Shown piece after piece: positions 15,939-20,000 of a stretch of DNA of 20,000 bases. The notes under the pieces were generated by a model. It ran no database searches, was not told where the DNA came from, and saw nothing but the letters and a program-made list of their open reading frames with translations. The stretch is from an uncultured virus (IMG/VR IMGVR_UViG_3300044833_000105). Its lineage: Duplodnaviria > Heunggongvirae > Uroviricota > Caudoviricetes. The stretch is from the IMG/VR virus record IMGVR_UViG_3300044833_000105. The stretch is one strand, 5' to 3'. Every line of letters begins with the position of its first letter. The stretch's first letter is position 1. The translations under genes were made by a program, and so were the position numbers.

Positions 15939-16261
15939 TTGTCGGCTTCCGCTACGATTCGCTCGGCCGGCGGCGCTGGATCAGGGCAGATGAGCCACGC
16001 TCTATTCGTCCCGCGGTCATCACGCCGCGGATGCGCAGAGGAAAGATATTTCGCTGTGGTGCCGAGGCTCGTTGCCAAGGGAAGCTACCGCGTCCAGACA
16101 GACACAGCAGCGATTTCACGGTGATGATGTTCGTGCTTGGCTGGAAAGAAGCGGACTCGAAGATCAGGGAATTGGAAATGGTTGATTATCTGGTCCGTCT
16201 GCACCGGGACGGCCGCGTGGACAAGCTCACGGGAGGCACATACTATGCGGTCAACGGATAG
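15935..16261 (+). CDS. Hypothetical protein
   Basis: GAGGG RBS; ATGA overlap. Confidence 0.6.
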   Translation: MIVGFRYDSLGRRRWIRADEPRSIRPAVITPRMRRGKIFRCGAEARCQGKLPRPDRHSSDFTVMMFVLGWKEADSKIRELEMVDYLVRLHRDGRVDKLTGGTYYAVNG

Positions 16262-16267
16262 GGCTAT

Positions 16268-16693
16268 ATGACCGAGAAGCAATTAGTCGCGATAACCAAT
16301 CCGTGCGTAGAGGCTGAGGAGTGCGCGCATCCTAAATACAAAAGCTACGTGCGTCCTCGATGGTCTGTGATCCTGACAGTAAACAGCGGCTTTGAATGAA
16401 TCGATAATTTTGAAGGCATGCCCGTGTGGCATGTTTCGGTGGCAAGGATCAATCGAGATATGAGTCGAATATTGCCAGTTGCGCAGTGGACGCCGAATGT
16501 ACGGCGTGCCGCGAGGTTGATCCAGTTGAATACCTTGCTGCACGTCGGTGGCGATTGGGAAATGGAAGAAGAAGGGGAATCGGCGGTGCATCTAAGGCGA
16601 AGGCTGTCCAAGGTTGAAATGCAAATACTACACGACATTAGCCCTGCTTGCCCAGTATTTACTCACGGGAAGGCTCTAGGGGTTATCGCATGA
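16268..16693 (+). pseudogene. Possible single gene interrupted by in-frame TGA (16397-16399), or two small genes
   Basis: ORF 16268-16399 and ORF 16418-16693 share a frame and are separated only by one TGA. Confidence 0.45.
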
Positions 16694-16739
16694 ACCCCCG
16701 CGTCCAGCGGCCGCGACGGGCGAGGGCGGAAGGAGCGGC

Positions 16740-16931
16740 GTGGTGAAAAGAGCAAGATGGTTGATTGGAATGGCGATGCAGTTAGCCTTGATTTTCACTG
16801 TTCTTGGATTGGTCTATTGGAACGATGGGTTTCGCGGGGTAGTCGCAGTCCTTAGCTTGACGATCTTCGCATTATTAGTAATGGTGTATTTATATTTGGC
16901 GTTTAAGCTGAAGAACGGTGGTAGCAAATGA
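16740..16931 (+). CDS. Two-TM membrane protein
   Basis: AAGGAG RBS; two hydrophobic stretches. Confidence 0.75.
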   Translation: MVKRARWLIGMAMQLALIFTVLGLVYWNDGFRGVVAVLSLTIFALLVMVYLYLAFKLKNGGSK

Positions 16932-17221
16932 CTAACCTCACCACATTCCTCCGCTCCAGCGAACTAATTGCCGCATGTGACCGACTGCTGGAGACCGAGC
17001 GCGAGATTATGGAGATGCCGCAAGAGGAGCGCAAATGGTTCATGGGCAAGGCTGGGCACAAAGACTGCTTCGTGGTGGCGCGAGCACTTAAAGAATTGCT
17101 GCAATCTCCCGAGGCTGCGGAGATGCGGAAGTTTAACAACGACCCTGAATGGCTACGGCGTAAGGCTGACGCCGAGGACGGCTGTGATGTTGGAGTCGGC
17201 GGGAGCCTGAAAGCGGAGTGA
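16928..17221 (+). CDS. Hypothetical protein
   Basis: Coupled ORF. Confidence 0.7.
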   Translation: MTNLTTFLRSSELIAACDRLLETEREIMEMPQEERKWFMGKAGHKDCFVVARALKELLQSPEAAEMRKFNNDPEWLRRKADAEDGCDVGVGGSLKAE

Positions 17222-17601
17222 GGGTTATGCCCCTAACTTTGGCGCAAGCGAACGAGTTGATACTCGTATGGCATCGGCATCAAGTGGCATTCGCGTCCCG
17301 GTCGTCGGACAGACCAACCAAGCAAAAGCAACGTTGGTCGAAGGAGTTGTGTAAATTACAGGGAATAGGTTACAGGAATAACACTGGAGAGCGCGTGAGC
17401 AAGCCGGAAGCCGCTGGATTGCTTCCAACGAAGGCGGCAACCGCAGAACTGCTCGACCGCGCCGAGAGGCTGCTGGATGAGTATCGCTACTCGCTGTCTG
17501 ATGACGAGTTCCTGATTTGGGCTGAAATGAAACGTTCCGCCATCGACGCCTGGAAGCGCGACAAGGCGGCGATTAAAACCGAAAAGGAGATGCCCTCGTG
17601 A
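17218..17601 (+). CDS. XF1762-like relic fused in frame to a downstream hypothetical gene (own GTG at 17395)
   Basis: MRVMPLTLAQANELILVWHRH is joined to SRSSDRPTKQKQRWSKEL; internal GGAGA-GTG start. Confidence 0.5.
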   Translation: MRVMPLTLAQANELILVWHRHQVAFASRSSDRPTKQKQRWSKELCKLQGIGYRNNTGERVSKPEAAGLLPTKAATAELLDRAERLLDEYRYSLSDDEFLIWAEMKRSAIDAWKRDKAAIKTEKEMPS

Positions 17602-18011
17602 CGTGTTCTAGCTGTTCTGAGCCGATGTTCATAATATTAGGAGACCGCGCGTTTTGTGAAGGGTGCTATGCAAAACTGCAAGCCAGACAAAACACAGCAT
17701 CTAATTGGTTGACCATCGAGCAACGTGATTTGTTTACAGTGTCTTCCCATCCACACGTGCCCCCGCTTCTCGCCCACGCAGCAGCCGCCGACGTGATAAT
17801 CCAGGATCACGAGGATACTATAGCGGAACTGACCGGCAAACTGTCCGGGGCTAATTTTTTGCTGGCCGAGAAGGATCGGCGCATCGCGGAGATGGAGAAG
17901 CAAATAAGAGAAGCTCCAGATATTATCAACGATGCGCGGCGTTGCACCGAGCGTATAGAGCAACTAAAAGCGCGCATCGCCGAACTAGAAGCCACGGAGC
18001 CCCGCCCGTGA
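17598..18011 (+). CDS. Zn-finger plus coiled-coil hypothetical protein
   Basis: AAGGAG RBS; CSSC...CEGC and KARIAELEA. Confidence 0.75.
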   Translation: MTCSSCSEPMFIILGDRAFCEGCYAKLQARQNTASNWLTIEQRDLFTVSSHPHVPPLLAHAAAADVIIQDHEDTIAELTGKLSGANFLLAEKDRRIAEMEKQIREAPDIINDARRCTERIEQLKARIAELEATEPRP

Positions 18012-18319
18012 GCAACCCCAAGGAGGTTCTTATGATGGCCGATCCATTGCCGTCTGATAGTTTCATGCGTGCCATTCTGGGCGAAGTCTTTATGGTGCAG
18101 CCGAATGGGATGTACGCCAACAATCAGAAAATAAGTAATCAACTGACCAGAGAATCCGTAGCGTCGGAACCATGCAAATGCGTTCGCTGCTCGACGAGAC
18201 GGAAGAACATACGCTGGTTTACCGGGTACGACACTGAGCCATGCGAAGACTGCAATAACGGCATCGTCGAACCGTGCTCTCGCTGTGAGTATCTAGAAGA
18301 ATTGGACCGTGAGCCATGA
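18008..18319 (+). CDS. Cys-rich hypothetical protein
   Basis: CVRC, CEDC and CSRC motifs; GTGA overlap. Confidence 0.6.
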   Translation: MSNPKEVLMMADPLPSDSFMRAILGEVFMVQPNGMYANNQKISNQLTRESVASEPCKCVRCSTRRKNIRWFTGYDTEPCEDCNNGIVEPCSRCEYLEELDREP

Positions 18320-18588
18320 AGAAAAAAAAGGCAGTTCAGTTGGATGCCAATAAAGTCATGCCCTTACTGAAGCGGTTCCGATGGAAACTACCAAACAATG
18401 TTGATCGGCGCGTCCTGGATCGTTTTCATTTCGGCAAGTACTACGGCTACGGCGCAAAGGATCTGTGGATTCCGATCACAGTGCACGGCGGGATAGCCAC
18501 TAAAGCCTTTCATACTAAGACCGTAAAATTCCCGAAGCCTATTGAAAAACTCCTGCAGGCGATGTTGGAGACAGAAGATGCCTTCTAA
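18316..18588 (+). CDS. Hypothetical protein, paralog A
   Basis: Similar to 19087-19383. Confidence 0.8.
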   Translation: MKKKKAVQLDANKVMPLLKRFRWKLPNNVDRRVLDRFHFGKYYGYGAKDLWIPITVHGGIATKAFHTKTVKFPKPIEKLLQAMLETEDAF

Positions 18589-18835
18589 AACCGAATTGGA
18601 TGCCCTGCTGGAGCGCGTTCGCGAAGATCGGCGCGAGAGCGTGTGGGCTGTCCTGAAACGTGGCGTGTACGGTGTTTACCACCAAGTTTCCGCCAAACAC
18701 CTTGGCCGATACGTGAATGAGTTCGCCTTTCGGTTGAATGAGGGCAACGTGGCCCGTCACAGTCTGGAGCGCCTTGATTCGTTCATCGACGCCATTGCCG
18801 GTAAGCGTCTGACCTATGCGAGGTTGATCGCATGA
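18578..18835 (+). mobile_element. Chimeric ORF: phage N-terminus plus IS1595-family transposase C-terminal fragment
   Basis: ESVWAVLKRGVYGVYHQVSAKHLGRYVNEFAFRLN...GKRLTYARLI is the characteristic IS1595 (ISXO2-like) C-terminus. The first ~20 aa duplicate the ORF at 19843. Confidence 0.8.
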
Positions 18836-19083
18836 GCGCCGCCCCTTGCCCTCACTGCGGTTCTTCGTCCAAGCTGCATCCAGTGGACGCGAAGGCGTGC
18901 GCTCGATTCGGGGCGGAAGTACGCGCGCCACAGAGCATCGAATATCTTGCGCGAATTGAGTATGAAGCGCAGATGAAATCCGCGGATGTTCCGGCAATGC
19001 CGTGGGCCGAACTCTCGGCAACGCACAAGGAAATTTCCAAGGCCGGCATTCGCGCGGTGCTCGAAGCGCTGGAGGGAATGTAA
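18832..19083 (+). CDS. Hypothetical protein
   Basis: GAGG RBS; ATGA overlap. Confidence 0.7.
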   Translation: MSAAPCPHCGSSSKLHPVDAKACARFGAEVRAPQSIEYLARIEYEAQMKSADVPAMPWAELSATHKEISKAGIRAVLEALEGM

Positions 19084-19086
19084 CCA

Positions 19087-19383
19087 ATGGACCCACATCA
19101 AGCGGCCATCGAAAAGCACCTGAAGCGCCTGCATAGCTGGCAGGTTCCGGCGAGTGACGTAAAGCCAATTCTGAAACGGTTCGGTTGGAAGTTGCCGTCC
19201 AACGTGGAGACTCGCCAAGTAGCGCGGTGGCACTATGGATCGTACTACGGGTACGGCGAGCGCGGTTTATGGATTCCGTTAAATTCATTGGGTGGGATGG
19301 CTACCAAAGCCTTTCACTCGAAAACCGTTAAATTCCCAAAGCGCATCCAATCGGCACTTTGCAAACTCCTGGAGAAAGCATGA
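19087..19383 (+). CDS. Hypothetical protein, paralog A'
   Basis: Shares LKRFxWKLP, YYGYG, LWIP and GGxATKAFHxKTVKFPK with 18316-18588. Confidence 0.8.
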   Translation: MDPHQAAIEKHLKRLHSWQVPASDVKPILKRFGWKLPSNVETRQVARWHYGSYYGYGERGLWIPLNSLGGMATKAFHSKTVKFPKRIQSALCKLLEKA

Positions 19384-19586
19384 ACGAGGAAATTCCAATT
19401 GCCGAGCCAATGCGGACCAAGCGCCAATGCCAGCAGTGCGGTAGCTGGGAGCGCTGCGTTTACGTGAAGGTGAAGAATCAAGGCTTCCGGCGTGTCTGCG
19501 TTCCGTGCGCTCACAAAATGCGCGACAAGGGATATCTGGCGATGCCTGATAGAGTTTGGCCGATGCAGACGAAAGAGGTTTTTTAA
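19380..19586 (+). CDS. Small Zn-finger protein
   Basis: GGAGA RBS; CQQC...CVPC. Confidence 0.7.
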   Translation: MNEEIPIAEPMRTKRQCQQCGSWERCVYVKVKNQGFRRVCVPCAHKMRDKGYLAMPDRVWPMQTKEVF

Positions 19587-19846
19587 TGGCGCGCAAACTT
19601 ACCGGGCTTGACGATGGCCCTCCGCTGCCACATCCGCGAGTTCTGGAGCGCGTGTATCGCGAGATTGAGGAGAAATACCCAAAGCCCATGCCAACCGAAG
19701 ACCAAAAGCAGAAATACTTTGAGGAAGGATACGACCAATGCTTCCGCGAAGTGATTGACGAAATCAAGACCTGGAACCATCCCGACACCAAGTCTTTCAT
19801 CATGTGGCTATCGAAAACCTTCAAATCTTCGGCGGCCAAATTATGA
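19586..19846 (+). CDS. Hypothetical protein
   Basis: AGAGG RBS; TAATG coupling. Confidence 0.7.
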   Translation: MARKLTGLDDGPPLPHPRVLERVYREIEEKYPKPMPTEDQKQKYFEEGYDQCFREVIDEIKTWNHPDTKSFIMWLSKTFKSSAAKL

Positions 19847-20000
19847 CAGTGCTCCGCACGGAACTGGATACCCTGCTGGAGCGCGTTCGCGAAGATCGGC
19901 GCGATACGACCGGCAAGAATCGCAACGCGGTCGCCTATGACTGTTGGCGCATGTTCGAGGATCTCGCCACGCGCTACAAAGAAGAATGCGCCATGCGCGG
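19843..20000 (+). CDS. Hypothetical protein (3' truncated by window)
   Basis: MTVLRTELDTLLERVREDRRDTTGKNRNAVAYDCWRMFEDL...; ATGA overlap. Confidence 0.7.
   Translation, partial: MTVLRTELDTLLERVREDRRDTTGKNRNAVAYDCWRMFEDLATRYKEECAMR

Noticed and set aside
18578..18835. Intact IS1595 element
   Set aside because: Only about 65 C-terminal residues are present; the Zn-ribbon, HTH, most of the DDE core and terminal inverted repeats were not found.
18539..19839. Long minus-strand ORFs (249 aa, 139 aa, 184 aa)
   Set aside because: Antisense to a coupled chain of + strand genes, with no recognisable motifs.

Overview
A gene-dense bacteriophage or prophage segment. The host may be Acidobacteria, which is an unverified impression from protein style. 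Left to right: (i) the end of a late/structural region, with a truncated beta-rich protein and a coiled-coil/TM protein (to 1453); (ii) a short leftward operon (2384->1450) with a ribbon-helix-helix regulator and small membrane peptides; (iii) a divergent promoter region with direct repeats (2385-2470); (iv) a long, translationally coupled rightward early operon. That operon encodes a Zn-ribbon protein, an HNH-like nuclease, a (CSx)26 repeat protein, Erf + YqaJ recombination genes, a PAPS-reductase-like protein, a tripeptide-repeat protein, RusA, two adenine methyltransferases, a replication initiator and loader-like pair, and many small ORFs. The most notable features are a ~200 nt G.U-rich structured intergenic RNA candidate (8015-8216), three intragenic repeat tracts with non-synonymous diversification, and a series of gene relics and chimeras that stay translationally coupled (Dcm N-terminus, XF1762-like internal deletion, IS1595 C-terminus fusion, an in-frame TGA). 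No integrase, reverse transcriptase, tRNA or CRISPR array was recognised. All family assignments come from recalled motifs, not database searches.
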